Origin: Thermoproteota archaeon
Lineage (GTDB): Archaea; Korarchaeota; Korarchaeia; Korarchaeales; Korarchaeaceae
Assembly (NCBI GenBank): GCA_026986575.1
Contig: JALSOH010000004.1
Coordinates: 64,001-128,000 of the forward strand
Reading direction: 5' to 3'
Length of the DNA: 64,000 nt
The notes below the pieces were generated by a model that did no database searches, was not told the DNA's origin, and saw only the letters and a list, made by a program, of their open reading frames with translations. The position numbers and the translations under genes were made by a program. This document shows, piece by piece, positions 29,006-38,370 of the stretch. Numbering within the stretch: position 1 is the stretch's first letter; each line of letters begins with the position of its first letter.

Positions 29006-29118
29006 TTAGTTATTATATTTAGATTACCTTTCAGAGTATGGTTTCTTTTGTTACTAAGAAAGGCGGCGCTCGGCTCAACTTAATATTCGACGTTGGGCAA
29101 ATATGCATGATAGGAGAG

Positions 29119-29997
29119 ATGCTGGTAAAGGGGCTGCTGGATGAGGTAGAGGAGATAGGTCAGCGATATGGCATAGTAGGGAGACGAAAAGAGCTACTCA
29201 AGATGCTGGTCGCGGTCAAAAGCGGTAGACACATACTTTTGGAGGGACCGGTGGGTGTCGGCAAGACGCTCCTCGCCAGATCGATAGCCGAATACCTCTC
29301 TAGGGACTTCGTGAGGGTAGATGGTGATGAGAGACTTAACGAAACGAAGCTTATTGGATACTGGGACCCTCCTATGGTATTGAAGAAGGGATATGTCGAG
29401 GAGGCCTTCGTCCCAGGACCCCTCACTAGGGCTGCGACCAGCGGCTCTGTCCTCTTCATAAACGAGTTGAACAGACTCCCGGAATCGGCTCAGAACGCGC
29501 TTCTCCCCGTCATGGATGAGGGTCTCATCCACATACCCCACTTAGGGACCCTGAAAGCGAAGGAGGGGTTCCTCATAATAGCCACGCAGAATCCGGAGGA
29601 GGATGTAGGCGTGCTCAGGTTATCTGAGGCCTTGAAAGACAGGTTCGTTCTCGTTAAGCTGGGATATCCTAGGAGGGAGGAGGAGGTAGAGATAGTTAGG
29701 AGGCATGTGCCCGACATCGATGATGAAACCGCCGAGATCAGCGTGGATATAGTAAGGAGCACCAGAGAACACCCGAGCATCCTGAGGGGTGGTTCAATAA
29801 GATCGTCCATAGACTTGGCGAAGATAGCGCTGATGCTGAGGGGCGATGGGGATCGCTGGTATAATGCCGCTCTTATGGTCCTACCTCAGAGGATAGAGCT
29901 CAGGGATACAGCTGCTAGCAAGGAATCCCTGATAAGAGACATAGTTAGATCCGTACTTGGAGAGGGAGAGGGTTTTCTCGAATTGAGGAGCCGTTGA
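29119..29997 (+). CDS. MoxR-family AAA+ ATPase
   Basis: LLEGPVGVGKT, INELNR, ATQNP, LKDRF; start uncertain (ORF open from 29038). Confidence 0.9.
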   Translation: MLVKGLLDEVEEIGQRYGIVGRRKELLKMLVAVKSGRHILLEGPVGVGKTLLARSIAEYLSRDFVRVDGDERLNETKLIGYWDPPMVLKKGYVEEAFVPGPLTRAATSGSVLFINELNRLPESAQNALLPVMDEGLIHIPHLGTLKAKEGFLIIATQNPEEDVGVLRLSEALKDRFVLVKLGYPRREEEVEIVRRHVPDIDDETAEISVDIVRSTREHPSILRGGSIRSSIDLAKIALMLRGDGDRWYNAALMVLPQRIELRDTAASKESLIRDIVRSVLGEGEGFLELRSR

Positions 29998-30992
29998 AGG
30001 CTCCGATGACAGATTATCCCCAAGTAAGGAAAATACCAAACCTTAGGGAACCTCTGGCAAGCGACTATGAGGTGCTGAGGAAAGCTGCGGAGTACTACCT
30101 GATGGAGGGTGATCTCCAAGGATTGCTGAGGATATCTAACTATAGCCAGATAGTGGTGGCTAAGGCCATATCCAAGGGCAACTTCACGCCCAAGATGATC
30201 TCTTCCCTAGAGAGAGATCCTGAGGCCGCTGTCAGGCTGTACAGGCAGGTCAGATGGAGGCTAAACGAGAGAGCTAGGAGGATGTTCAGGCGACTGGTAG
30301 CCAAGGCCGTGGTGAACTTGGTTGCAAAGGGGATGAGGGGTAATTTGGAGGAGGACAGGAGATCAGAAGCACCTTATGAAGTGGGAATGGATTTTGATGT
30401 CGAGAGGACCATCGAAGACCTAATCGAGAGGGGAAAGAAGATAGATGAGTTGGATTACAGCGATATCGTGGGTTTAGATAAGAGGAGAGGGGAGTACTCT
30501 GCTGTCGTCATAATAGATTCCAGTGGTTCCATGTCCGGCAGGAAGATACTGAGCGCTGCTACCATGGCCGCGCTGATATCTCACAAGATCAGAGGAGGTA
30601 AGTACTCCGTTATTGGATTCAACAGCGAGGCCTTTCCGATCAAGCATGCGAATGAGAGAAAGGAGTCCGTGGAGGTCGTGGAGGATATATTGGACTTGGT
30701 GCCCTTGGGTTACACCAATATAGCTGACGGCTTAATCAAGGCTCTGGAGGAGTCCAAGGGTCTGGTGAATCCGAGGTTCATATTGCTGACCGATGGAGAG
30801 TACAACGTGGGGGAAGATCCGAGAAAAGTGGTATCCCATATCAGGGGATTGCATGTAGTTTACGTAGGGAGGAGATCTTCCAGCAGAGGAGCTAAGTTCT
30901 GCAGGGACCTAGCTAGACTGGGTAACGGCAAGTTCCACGAATTGAGAGATCCGCAAGAGATACCCAGACTTATGAGGAGCATACTTAGTTAA
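29994..30992 (+). CDS. VWA domain protein
   Basis: MIDAS DSSGSM, TNIADG, LLTDG. Confidence 0.9.
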   Translation: MKAPMTDYPQVRKIPNLREPLASDYEVLRKAAEYYLMEGDLQGLLRISNYSQIVVAKAISKGNFTPKMISSLERDPEAAVRLYRQVRWRLNERARRMFRRLVAKAVVNLVAKGMRGNLEEDRRSEAPYEVGMDFDVERTIEDLIERGKKIDELDYSDIVGLDKRRGEYSAVVIIDSSGSMSGRKILSAATMAALISHKIRGGKYSVIGFNSEAFPIKHANERKESVEVVEDILDLVPLGYTNIADGLIKALEESKGLVNPRFILLTDGEYNVGEDPRKVVSHIRGLHVVYVGRRSSSRGAKFCRDLARLGNGKFHELRDPQEIPRLMRSILS

Positions 30993-31043
30993 TTCTCGAG
31001 CGGGAATATAGTTAAATATCCTTGACACTCAGATAGAGAGCGG

Positions 31044-31133
31044 GCGGGGGTGGCCGAGATAGGTCCAAGGCGCCAGCCTTAGGAGCTGGTGGGCAGTAGG
31101 CCCGCGTGGGTTCGAATCCCACCCCCCGCACCA
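31044..31133 (+). tRNA. tRNA-Leu(TAG), CCA encoded
   Basis: CCAGC-CTTAGGA-GCTGG anticodon arm, long variable arm. Confidence 0.96.
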
Positions 31134-31268
31134 GTCAAGCCACATTCATCACGAATGCTAATCTGGCACTTAGTCCGCTGAGATACTATCGATCTAGACT
31201 CGATTGATCCACTTGGCTGGGCATTCCAAATCAGAATCTCGCACATTGTCCTATAAGCAGTTCAAGAA

Positions 31269-31345
31269 TGGTGCGGCCGCCGGGATTTGAACCCGGGTCG
31301 CCGGCTTGGGGGGCCGGCATCCTATCCAGGCTAGACTACGGCCGC
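31269..31345 (-). tRNA. tRNA-Gly(CCC), CCA encoded, C at position 33
   Basis: GCGGCCG acceptor; CCGGC-CCCCCAA-GCCGG anticodon arm. Confidence 0.9.
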
Positions 31346-31348
31346 ACA

Positions 31349-31426
31349 TGGCGGGCCCGGGGGGACTCGAACCCCCGACCTGCGGCTTAGGAGGCCGCCG
31401 CTCTATCCTTGCTGAGCTACGGGCCC
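31349..31426 (-). tRNA. tRNA-Arg(CCT), CCA encoded
   Basis: GCGGC-CTCCTAA-GCCGC anticodon arm; 3 nt upstream of tRNA-Gly. Confidence 0.96.
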
Positions 31427-31508
31427 TACTCAGTAGTTGAGGGTCAACCCATTTATAACTTTGACTCGGAACAAAACTTATTACGGTGATCTCCCCATAC
31501 AATGATGG

Positions 31509-31580
31509 GCCGGGTTGGCCGAGCGGTTCAGGCAGCGGGCTGCAGACCCGTAGACGGGGGTTCGAGTCCCCCACCCGGCT
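31509..31580 (+). tRNA. tRNA-Cys(GCA)
   Basis: GCGGG-CTGCAGA-CCCGT arm, U73 discriminator. Confidence 0.95.
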
Positions 31581-32810
31581 CTACCTCACTACCAGTCTTC
31601 CCTTCTTTACTCCCTTGCTCCTTCTGAGATGTTCGGTTTCGTAGAAGAGCTTCCTGAGAAGCTGCTCCTCGACCGGGTCAGGGTCCACGCCTCTGCGTGG
31701 AGCCATTCTCCTGTAGGTCCTGATGGCCGACTCGGGATCCAGCTCATAGAGGCCCCATCCTAGACTCCTAGCGTAAATGGTGAACGGAGGTACATCTTCA
31801 TGTACTAGACCATGTAGGTGCGATGCGGGACCGATCCTGACTCCCGCGTACGTCAATGTCCCTATGGAGAGCTTGGCATGATCTCCTATGAATGCGCCCA
31901 CTTTATTGAGGCCTGTCGGAACTCCTCCCACCTTGATCTCACCATAAGTGTTCTTCAAGTTGGAGGTTATGGATCCAGCTCCTATGTTCACCCACCTACC
32001 GACGTAGCTGTGTCCTAAGAATCCCAAATGATACTTGTTCGAATAGTCTGACACTATGCTAGTTGTTACCTCCCCGCCTATCCTCCCGTGCATCCCTATG
32101 TAGCTCCCAGCAACCCTAGAGCCAGTGACTATGACCGTATGCGGACCTATATAGAGAGGACCTTTGAGGTAAGCGTACGGCTCAATTTGAACGCCCTCAC
32201 CGATGACTACAGGCCCCTCCCTAGCGTCTATCGTTACAGGCCCCATCAGATCTAGTTCTTCGGGTAGGTTGACGGGATAATTCCCTAGTACTCTGATTTC
32301 CCCGAACTCCCTGCTAGCGGGTGGTTTAAAGAACTCCATCAAGTCCTTGGACAGGTGAGTGATTACCGACGTCGGGGAGACATCCCAAGGCGAGGTGAGC
32401 AGGTGAGCATCGCACGGCCTCACTTTGAATGTACCCGCGTCCCCTTTGAAGATCATGAGACTGTCATCATAATCGAGTGAGTTGACCCTAGCGGCGACCA
32501 CCTGCCCCTTGCTTACCAAGGCCTCACCGGGTTCCAGACCCCTGACCTTAGAAAGGACCTCAGGCGATATTAGACGAGAATTTAGAAGTAAAGCAGGATC
32601 TCCGAAATCGGGTTTTCTATCCTTGGGGACCTTCTCCTCATAGCCATTCCTCACGAGCCATCTCGTTCGAGTACCCAGCCACTTATCCATCCTCTCGAAC
32701 TGCTTAACTCCACCAACTACGACCTCCTGCATCAGTGTGAGGTCGGTCAAGGGGGAGATGTCACCGACCCGCGTGTCTTCGAACAGCACAACTTGGATCA
32801 TAGGCACCAT
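31581..32810 (-). CDS. GlmU-related putative sugar nucleotidyltransferase with hexapeptide repeats
   Basis: LFED..PLT N-domain; GFLGHSYVG.WVNIGAGS..SNLKNTYG beta-helix. Confidence 0.82.
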   Translation of the reverse strand: MVPMIQVVLFEDTRVGDISPLTDLTLMQEVVVGGVKQFERMDKWLGTRTRWLVRNGYEEKVPKDRKPDFGDPALLLNSRLISPEVLSKVRGLEPGEALVSKGQVVAARVNSLDYDDSLMIFKGDAGTFKVRPCDAHLLTSPWDVSPTSVITHLSKDLMEFFKPPASREFGEIRVLGNYPVNLPEELDLMGPVTIDAREGPVVIGEGVQIEPYAYLKGPLYIGPHTVIVTGSRVAGSYIGMHGRIGGEVTTSIVSDYSNKYHLGFLGHSYVGRWVNIGAGSITSNLKNTYGEIKVGGVPTGLNKVGAFIGDHAKLSIGTLTYAGVRIGPASHLHGLVHEDVPPFTIYARSLGWGLYELDPESAIRTYRRMAPRRGVDPDPVEEQLLRKLFYETEHLRRSKGVKKGRLVVR

Positions 32811-32872
32811 GCTACACCTGATGGAGTTTTTTAAGTCGGATGCCATTCCACCTCTCGTAAGGGTGAAAAACT

Positions 32873-34114
32873 TTGTCCCTAACCTACGAGCGATACGAGT
32901 TCAAGAAGCTGATAAAAGAGCTGAAGGGTAAGAGGGGTAGAGGTACTGAGCTTATTTCCCTATATATCCCACCTGGAAGAAATGTTTATGATGTTATAAA
33001 GTACCTGAGGGACGAGTACGATCAAGCTAGCAATATCAAGGACAAGCTAACCAGGAAAAATGTCCAGAGCGCCATAGAGAGCATAATACAGAGGCTTAAA
33101 CTGTACCGGAAGGTACCTGAGCACGGACTGGTCGTCTTCTGTGGGGCGATACCTCAGGGCAAGGATAGAGGGACTGAGAAGATCGAGATCTACGTGATAG
33201 AACCACCAGAACCCGTCAGATCCTTCCAGTACGTATGTGACCATGAGTTCTACGTGGAACCCCTAGAGGAGATGGCCAAGGAGAAGAAGGCCTACGGCCT
33301 CATAGTTATGGACAGGGGCGGTGGCGTCATAGCCGTGCTCAGGGGCCCCAACTATAAGATAGTGGACTGGGTCACCTCAGACATACCTCCAAAGCATAGT
33401 GCTGGAGGACAGTCCCAGAGGAGGTTCGAGAGGATAAGAGAGGAGAGAGTGCACGACTTCTTCAAGAGGCTGGGGAAGAGGGCGAACGAGGCTCTCCTGC
33501 CTTTAGAGGGTGAGCTAGAGGGGATAATAATTGGAGGACCTGGAGATGCTAGAGAGAAGTTCGAGGAGGGTAACTTCTTGGATTACAGATTGCAGAAGAA
33601 GATAATCGCTAATATACCCCTATCCTACACCGAGGAGCAGGGAGTCAGGGAGTTGGTGATGAAGGCAGAAGATCTCCTTAAGGAATCCTCTCTCTACAAA
33701 GAGAAGGCTCTGGTGGAGGAGGTCTTCCGGCTCTTGGCCAAGGAGCCGGGTAAAGTAGCTTACGGGATAAGCGAGGTCGAGAAGGCTCTGAAAGCCGGAG
33801 CTGCCGAGAAGGTCTTGGTGCTGGAAGACATACCAGTGAAGAAGGTGAGGATCAGGTGCCCTCAGTGCGGCTATGAGGAGCAGAGAATCATCAGAAAGGA
33901 CAGGGAGGCTTCTCTATCTGGCTGGCAGTGCCCGAATTGCGGAGGAACGGTATACGAGGTGGAGGAGGTGGACATAATAGAGCACTTGGGAGAGATGGGA
34001 AAGCAGAGCGGAGCTGAGATCTACGTGATATCTTCGGGTACCGAATGGGGTATGCAGCTCAAAGCTCTAGGCGGCGTGGCGGCTGTTCTCCGATATGAAC
34101 TAAGGGAATACTGA
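32873..34114 (+). CDS. prf1: Peptide chain release factor aRF1
   Basis: GRGTELISLYIP, ASNIKD, KHSAGGQS. Confidence 0.97.
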   Translation: MSLTYERYEFKKLIKELKGKRGRGTELISLYIPPGRNVYDVIKYLRDEYDQASNIKDKLTRKNVQSAIESIIQRLKLYRKVPEHGLVVFCGAIPQGKDRGTEKIEIYVIEPPEPVRSFQYVCDHEFYVEPLEEMAKEKKAYGLIVMDRGGGVIAVLRGPNYKIVDWVTSDIPPKHSAGGQSQRRFERIREERVHDFFKRLGKRANEALLPLEGELEGIIIGGPGDAREKFEEGNFLDYRLQKKIIANIPLSYTEEQGVRELVMKAEDLLKESSLYKEKALVEEVFRLLAKEPGKVAYGISEVEKALKAGAAEKVLVLEDIPVKKVRIRCPQCGYEEQRIIRKDREASLSGWQCPNCGGTVYEVEEVDIIEHLGEMGKQSGAEIYVISSGTEWGMQLKALGGVAAVLRYELREY

Positions 34115-34160
34115 TCCTTTGACTGTAAAATTTTATTTAGGGGAGTGGGTAGTTGGCATT

Positions 34161-34234
34161 GGGCCGGTGGCGCAGGTTGGTAGCGCGCCGCCTTCGCAAG
34201 GCGGAGGTCGGGGGTTCAAGTCCCCCCCGGTCCA
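34161..34234 (+). tRNA. tRNA-Ala(CGC)
   Basis: G3:U70 pair; CCGCC-TTCGCAA-GGCGG. Confidence 0.96.
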
Positions 34235-34236
34235 CT

Positions 34237-34311
34237 GGGCCCGTGGCTCAGACTGGTCAGAGCGCCCGGCTGATAACCGGGAGGTCGGGGGTTCAAGTCC
34301 CCCCGGGCCCA
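34237..34311 (+). tRNA. tRNA-Ile(GAT)
   Basis: CCCGG-CTGATAA-CCGGG; 2 nt after tRNA-Ala. Confidence 0.96.
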
Positions 34312-34325
34312 TTCGGGTGGTCGAT

Positions 34326-34724
34326 TTGAGGTACATCGTCTTGGACACTTCCTTCCTAATGGCCTTGGCGGAGCTCAGGTTCCTGAATCTGAGTGATCTG
34401 AGGAAGTTCTACCCCAATGCAAAACTAATTACCACAAAATCCGTGGTTAAGGAGCTGGAAAGTTTTCTTAAGGGGAAGAGGAGGATCGCTGCGAGTGTCG
34501 CCCTGCAGGTAATAGAGAAGCATGGCATCTCGGTAAGTGAGAGATACTGCAAGGAGGCCGATGACGATATAATGGCGTTGGCTAAGGAGCTAGGAGCCAT
34601 TGTGGCCACTTTCGATCTGGAATTGAAGGAGAGGCTGTTGACGGAGGGTGTTCCCGTTATATACCTCAGGGCGGGGAAGAAATTAGTGCTCGATGATCCG
34701 TTAAGGTTAAGTAAGGAAAGCTGA
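34326..34724 (+). CDS. PIN domain nuclease (Fcf1/Utp24-like)
   Basis: VLDTSFL, V..ELE, ADD, ATFD..L; conserved position before rpoE; true start lies after the tRNAs. Confidence 0.85.
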   Translation: MRYIVLDTSFLMALAELRFLNLSDLRKFYPNAKLITTKSVVKELESFLKGKRRIAASVALQVIEKHGISVSERYCKEADDDIMALAKELGAIVATFDLELKERLLTEGVPVIYLRAGKKLVLDDPLRLSKES

Positions 34725-34762
34725 TCTCTGGAGTGGTAAGACCTCTCAGGGCTAGCGGGGGA

Positions 34763-35335
34763 ATGGAAGAATTGTTTTATATAACAGAGATGAGTGATGT
34801 TGGTTTCATTAAGCCTGCTGATATAACTGGGGATATTAAATCCATACTGAGGGAGCAGTTCGGCTCTAAGTACATAGGACGCTATCTCAGGGATGTGGGC
34901 CTAGTTCTGGATGTGCTTGAGGTCACGGAACTAAGCCACGGTAAGTCCATCATAGGTAGCCCCAACATATACGTCAGGGCGAAGTTCAAGGTCCTAACCT
35001 ACCTACCGCTTAAGGACGAGATAGTCGAGGGAGAGGTGGAGAACATCGTGGACTACGGGATGTTTGTCTCCATAGGTCCGATAAGCGGGTTCGTTCACAT
35101 CTCCCAGCTGGGCGATGACGTCTTCATACACAGGGCGGGGGTGCTGCAGAGCAAGAAGGCGAAGATCACCTTTAGGAAGGGGGATAGGGTCAGAGCTAGG
35201 ATAACCACGGTTAGTAAACCCAGTCCCGCGGCTCTCCTCAGAGGAGAGCCAATAGTCAGGGTCTCCTTGACGATGAGACAGCCGAAGCTCGGAAAGATAG
35301 AGGAGAAGGGGAAGGAAAAAGAGAGTCATGAGTAG
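34763..35335 (+). CDS. rpoE1: RNA polymerase subunit Rpo7 (E')
   Basis: S1 domain YGMFVSIGP..GFVHISQ, LTMRQP.LGK. Confidence 0.94.
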   Translation: MEELFYITEMSDVGFIKPADITGDIKSILREQFGSKYIGRYLRDVGLVLDVLEVTELSHGKSIIGSPNIYVRAKFKVLTYLPLKDEIVEGEVENIVDYGMFVSIGPISGFVHISQLGDDVFIHRAGVLQSKKAKITFRKGDRVRARITTVSKPSPAALLRGEPIVRVSLTMRQPKLGKIEEKGKEKESHE

Positions 35336-35343
35336 GTGATCTT

Positions 35344-35532
35344 ATGGCTAAATGGAAGGCCTGCAGGAATTGTAAGGCTCTCACCACCGAGAACAAATGT
35401 CCTGTATGCGGATCAGATGACCTAACCTATAACTGGGAGGGCATAGTTGCCATCACAGACCCTCTACGCTCCCAGCTCGCCAAGATGCTAGGTCACGAGA
35501 AGGTGGGTATGTACGCCTTGAGGGTGTGGTGA
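35344..35532 (+). CDS. spt4: Transcription elongation factor Spt4 (RpoE'')
   Basis: ACRNCK..CPVCGS..W.G..YALRV. Confidence 0.95.
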   Translation: MAKWKACRNCKALTTENKCPVCGSDDLTYNWEGIVAITDPLRSQLAKMLGHEKVGMYALRVW

Positions 35533-35579
35533 GGTAGAGGTTATATATTGGAGAAGTAAACGCAAGAAGGGAGGCGAAA

Positions 35580-35876
35580 ATGGAGTTGGAGATCGTCAGG
35601 CGCAGGGAAAACCCGCTGCTGCAGAGGGAAGAGATCATCGCTAGGGTGCGGTTTGAGGGAGGCACTCCATCTAGGAAAGAGATAAGAGAGGCCCTAGCCA
35701 GAGAGCTCGGGAAACCGATTGGAAACCTCTTTATCAGGAGGATCATCACAGAGTATGGGAAGGAAGAGGCCGAGGTCGTGGCAATGGCCTATAGCAGCAG
35801 GGCTTTTGCCCTACTTATAGAGCCAGACCACATAATAAAGAGGAATGAGGGAGAGGAGGAGGGAGTATCCTCATGA
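35580..35876 (+). CDS. rps24e: 30S ribosomal protein S24e
   Basis: [14 protein letters not shown]. Confidence 0.94.
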   Translation: MELEIVRRRENPLLQREEIIARVRFEGGTPSRKEIREALARELGKPIGNLFIRRIITEYGKEEAEVVAMAYSSRAFALLIEPDHIIKRNEGEEEGVSS

Positions 35877-36040
35877 AGCACAAGCCAGTTCAAGTGTGGA
35901 AGTACTACTCCATTGAGGGGGACAAGCTAGTCAGAAAAAAGAGAATGTGCCCGAGATGCGGCTCCTTCATGGCCGAGCACAGGGACAGGTACACCTGCGG
36001 TAAGTGCGGCTATACCGAGTTCAAGAAGAAGGAGGGTTGA
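35873..36040 (+). CDS. rps27ae: 30S ribosomal protein S27ae
   Basis: Not in ORF track; 55 aa [37 protein letters not shown]. Confidence 0.95.
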   Translation: MKHKPVQVWKYYSIEGDKLVRKKRMCPRCGSFMAEHRDRYTCGKCGYTEFKKKEG

Positions 36041-36090
36041 TCCCTCCGCTCCTACAGCGATTTTATATCGGACTCAGGGTATTAATCTCC

Positions 36091-36165
36091 GGGCCCGTAG
36101 CTCAGCATGGATAGAGCGCCGGCCTCCGGAGCCGGAGGTCGGGGGTTCGAGTCCCCCCGGGCCCG
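36091..36165 (+). tRNA. tRNA-Arg(CCG)
   Basis: CCGGC-CTCCGGA-GCCGG; TTTTATA box upstream. Confidence 0.96.
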
Positions 36166-36289
36166 CTATTCGCTAGACGTCCTGGGAATGTGCTGAATTT
36201 TTGATATGGTTTATCGTCATTGCAGAAACGACTATTGACATCAATATTGTAGCCAGCATTTGGCATAACTAAATGCCTGTTAGTATCTG

Positions 36290-37468
36290 ATGATAATTAA
36301 TGTTATAAATGAGATGATACCGCACTCAATTATTATGAATGGAATGTCGACGAGAAGTCGTCCTTTTAATAATTCTATTAATGAAACCATCGAGTTTTTG
36401 ACTTATCATTACCATAATTTCGTCATAGAGGACTTGTTATTTCGAACTCTTAGAGATTTTATTAAGAATCTAGTAGAGGAGCTTCAGAGAGAGTATTTCC
36501 CTTGCTGTGAGGAAACTATCAATGCCTTTGCCTGTAAGAGAGAAGTAAAGGAGTATCTCGATGTATTGTCGAAGACGCTTTACGCCACGAGCAATGAACC
36601 TGTCCGCCTCGGGGCTTTTAGAGTATTACTTCTTGAATCATATAAGCGTTTACTTGGTGATCTAGTTTTTAAGCCAAGCGGGGTTGTTGATCTTGCCCTA
36701 CACGGCATTCTAAAGGAAGAATCAGTAATATTAACCAGTAGAAATCGTGCTATGTTGAAGTCATATCACTTCGGTATAGATTATATGCTCTTAGTTGAAT
36801 ACCCTATTCCAAATAGGAAGCATAAGGTTTTCGTTCCCCTGTTCGTCATAGCGAAGTCAAGCTTTGAAACCATTAAGGAGATAGATATTATAGAGGCTAT
36901 AAGAGCCAAAATAGAAGAGCCACTAGAACGAAAGGATGGGCCTGACAATGTCACAGTGGCTTTGAGGAGTATCCCCAAGTTTACCAGAATAGTGTTAACT
37001 AGAGTAGCCACGTACAACGAAAAGATAATTGAAAAGCCCTGTGTTAATAGGGAGTATCAGAGCATACCTGTATACGGCGATCTAGCATGCGGCATTATTA
37101 GCTTAGTCTTAAAAGATTTACCGGATATGTATAAAATGGTCATTAGTAATGAGGAACTAGTCGGTATTACAATAAATGATTGGATCGTAGCACTGCTAAG
37201 TCTTGCTATACCTTTATTACAGGTAACCGTCGCGTCGGCAAATAGACCTCCTGATCCACCGGGGGGCGCGACTGTGGATGCCGTAGTTAGGAAGATACAT
37301 CAAGAGACCCTTGAGAAGATAGGAAAGGAGATTCAGCAACAACTATTTGTTATGAGGAATCACACTCTACAAGATATAAGAAGAAGTGTAGAGAAGAAGT
37401 TGAACAGTATAATAGACCACTATAGGAACTACGGGAGCACTAGCACAATGGTAGAGATGAGCACTTAA
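36290..37468 (+). CDS. AT-rich hypothetical protein, probably horizontally acquired
   Basis: 392-codon ORF with visibly A/T-rich codons unlike its flanks; start uncertain. Confidence 0.7.
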   Translation: MIINVINEMIPHSIIMNGMSTRSRPFNNSINETIEFLTYHYHNFVIEDLLFRTLRDFIKNLVEELQREYFPCCEETINAFACKREVKEYLDVLSKTLYATSNEPVRLGAFRVLLLESYKRLLGDLVFKPSGVVDLALHGILKEESVILTSRNRAMLKSYHFGIDYMLLVEYPIPNRKHKVFVPLFVIAKSSFETIKEIDIIEAIRAKIEEPLERKDGPDNVTVALRSIPKFTRIVLTRVATYNEKIIEKPCVNREYQSIPVYGDLACGIISLVLKDLPDMYKMVISNEELVGITINDWIVALLSLAIPLLQVTVASANRPPDPPGGATVDAVVRKIHQETLEKIGKEIQQQLFVMRNHTLQDIRRSVEKKLNSIIDHYRNYGSTSTMVEMST

Positions 37469-37577
37469 GTAACCACCGCCGCCCTTTTATAGGACACTAC
37501 TTTTAAGAACTAACCCACCAGAGGCAGAGGCTTAAGTTGAAGTTCTCTCGGGTTATTGATGAAGGAGGTGTTTCGGT

Positions 37578-37772
37578 TTGAAGGATGAAAAAGTTTGCGC
37601 AATAGAAGGTTGTAACGAACCGGCCTCGAAGGAGGTGGATAGGTCGTTTCTCCCCTTCATACAGGAGTTGAAGTTGAAGCTGAAGGAGGACACCGGGAAA
37701 AAGATACCCCTATGCAGGAAACACTACAAGATGGTGAAGCAGGTCAGGGGCGCTCAGCTCTCAGGCTTCTAG
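37578..37772 (+). CDS. Small zinc-binding hypothetical protein
   Basis: CAIEGC..LCRKHY; strong GGAGGTG RBS. Confidence 0.7.
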   Translation: MKDEKVCAIEGCNEPASKEVDRSFLPFIQELKLKLKEDTGKKIPLCRKHYKMVKQVRGAQLSGF

Positions 37773-38370
37773 GTCTGAGCTCGATAACAATCAGCTCATG
37801 AAATGCTAGCTTCCTCCTACCTAGTATGTGGGAATCGAATCCCCTCTTTCTTCCCCATTCTAGAGTCAGACGTGGCTCGTTGTAGTCCGCGTGCAGTATT
37901 GCTGCCCTTCCACCCTCTTTAATAACACGAGGAAGATCTGAGAGGAAGCGATCGATGAGTTCCCTACCCATCAAACCTCCGACCCAAGATATGGAGAGCT
38001 TGACATTGCTCGGGGGTTCCGGGAGATATGGTGGGTTGAACGTTATGATGTCGAAGGAAGAATCCCTGAAATGATTCATCAGGTCACCTTGGGCGACATG
38101 GAGGTCTACACCATTTAGCTCGGCGTTTCTACGGGCTAATTCCACTGACTCTGAGGTTAGGTCCGTTGCGAAGGTCTCGCACCCCTTCCTAGCCATGAAT
38201 ATGGCCACTATACCCGTGCCTGTTCCCACATCCAGGCATTTTAATCCTCTAAGATCTCCCCACAGGTCTACGGAGTCGAGCATGAGCAGTGAGTCCTCTG
38301 CAGGCGTATAGACCTCCCTGTGAGTCTCAATCTCGAGATCCCTCACTCTGATCTTAGCTCTCTCAGCCAA
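37744..38370 (-). CDS. HemK2/Mtq2-family release-factor glutamine methyltransferase
   Basis: VYTPAEDS, DVGTGTG, FNPPY. Confidence 0.9.
   Translation of the reverse strand: MAERAKIRVRDLEIETHREVYTPAEDSLLMLDSVDLWGDLRGLKCLDVGTGTGIVAIFMARKGCETFATDLTSESVELARRNAELNGVDLHVAQGDLMNHFRDSSFDIITFNPPYLPEPPSNVKLSISWVGGLMGRELIDRFLSDLPRVIKEGGRAAILHADYNEPRLTLEWGRKRGFDSHILGRRKLAFHELIVIELRPRSLRAERP

Noticed and set aside
31134-31268. Spacer between convergent tRNAs with a GTGATGA box C-like word on the minus strand
   Set aside because: No properly placed downstream CTGA box D or guide; insufficient for a C/D sRNA call
31251-31574. ORFs 31251-31574, 47052-47300, 13290-13709 and the first ~69 codons of 34119-34724
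   Set aside because: They translate tRNA genes (or antisense CDS) and are not proteins
37469-37577. Possible attR (duplicated tRNA-Arg 3' end) closing the AT-rich island
   Set aside because: No copy of the tRNA 3' sequence and no integrase seen, so not called a mobile element
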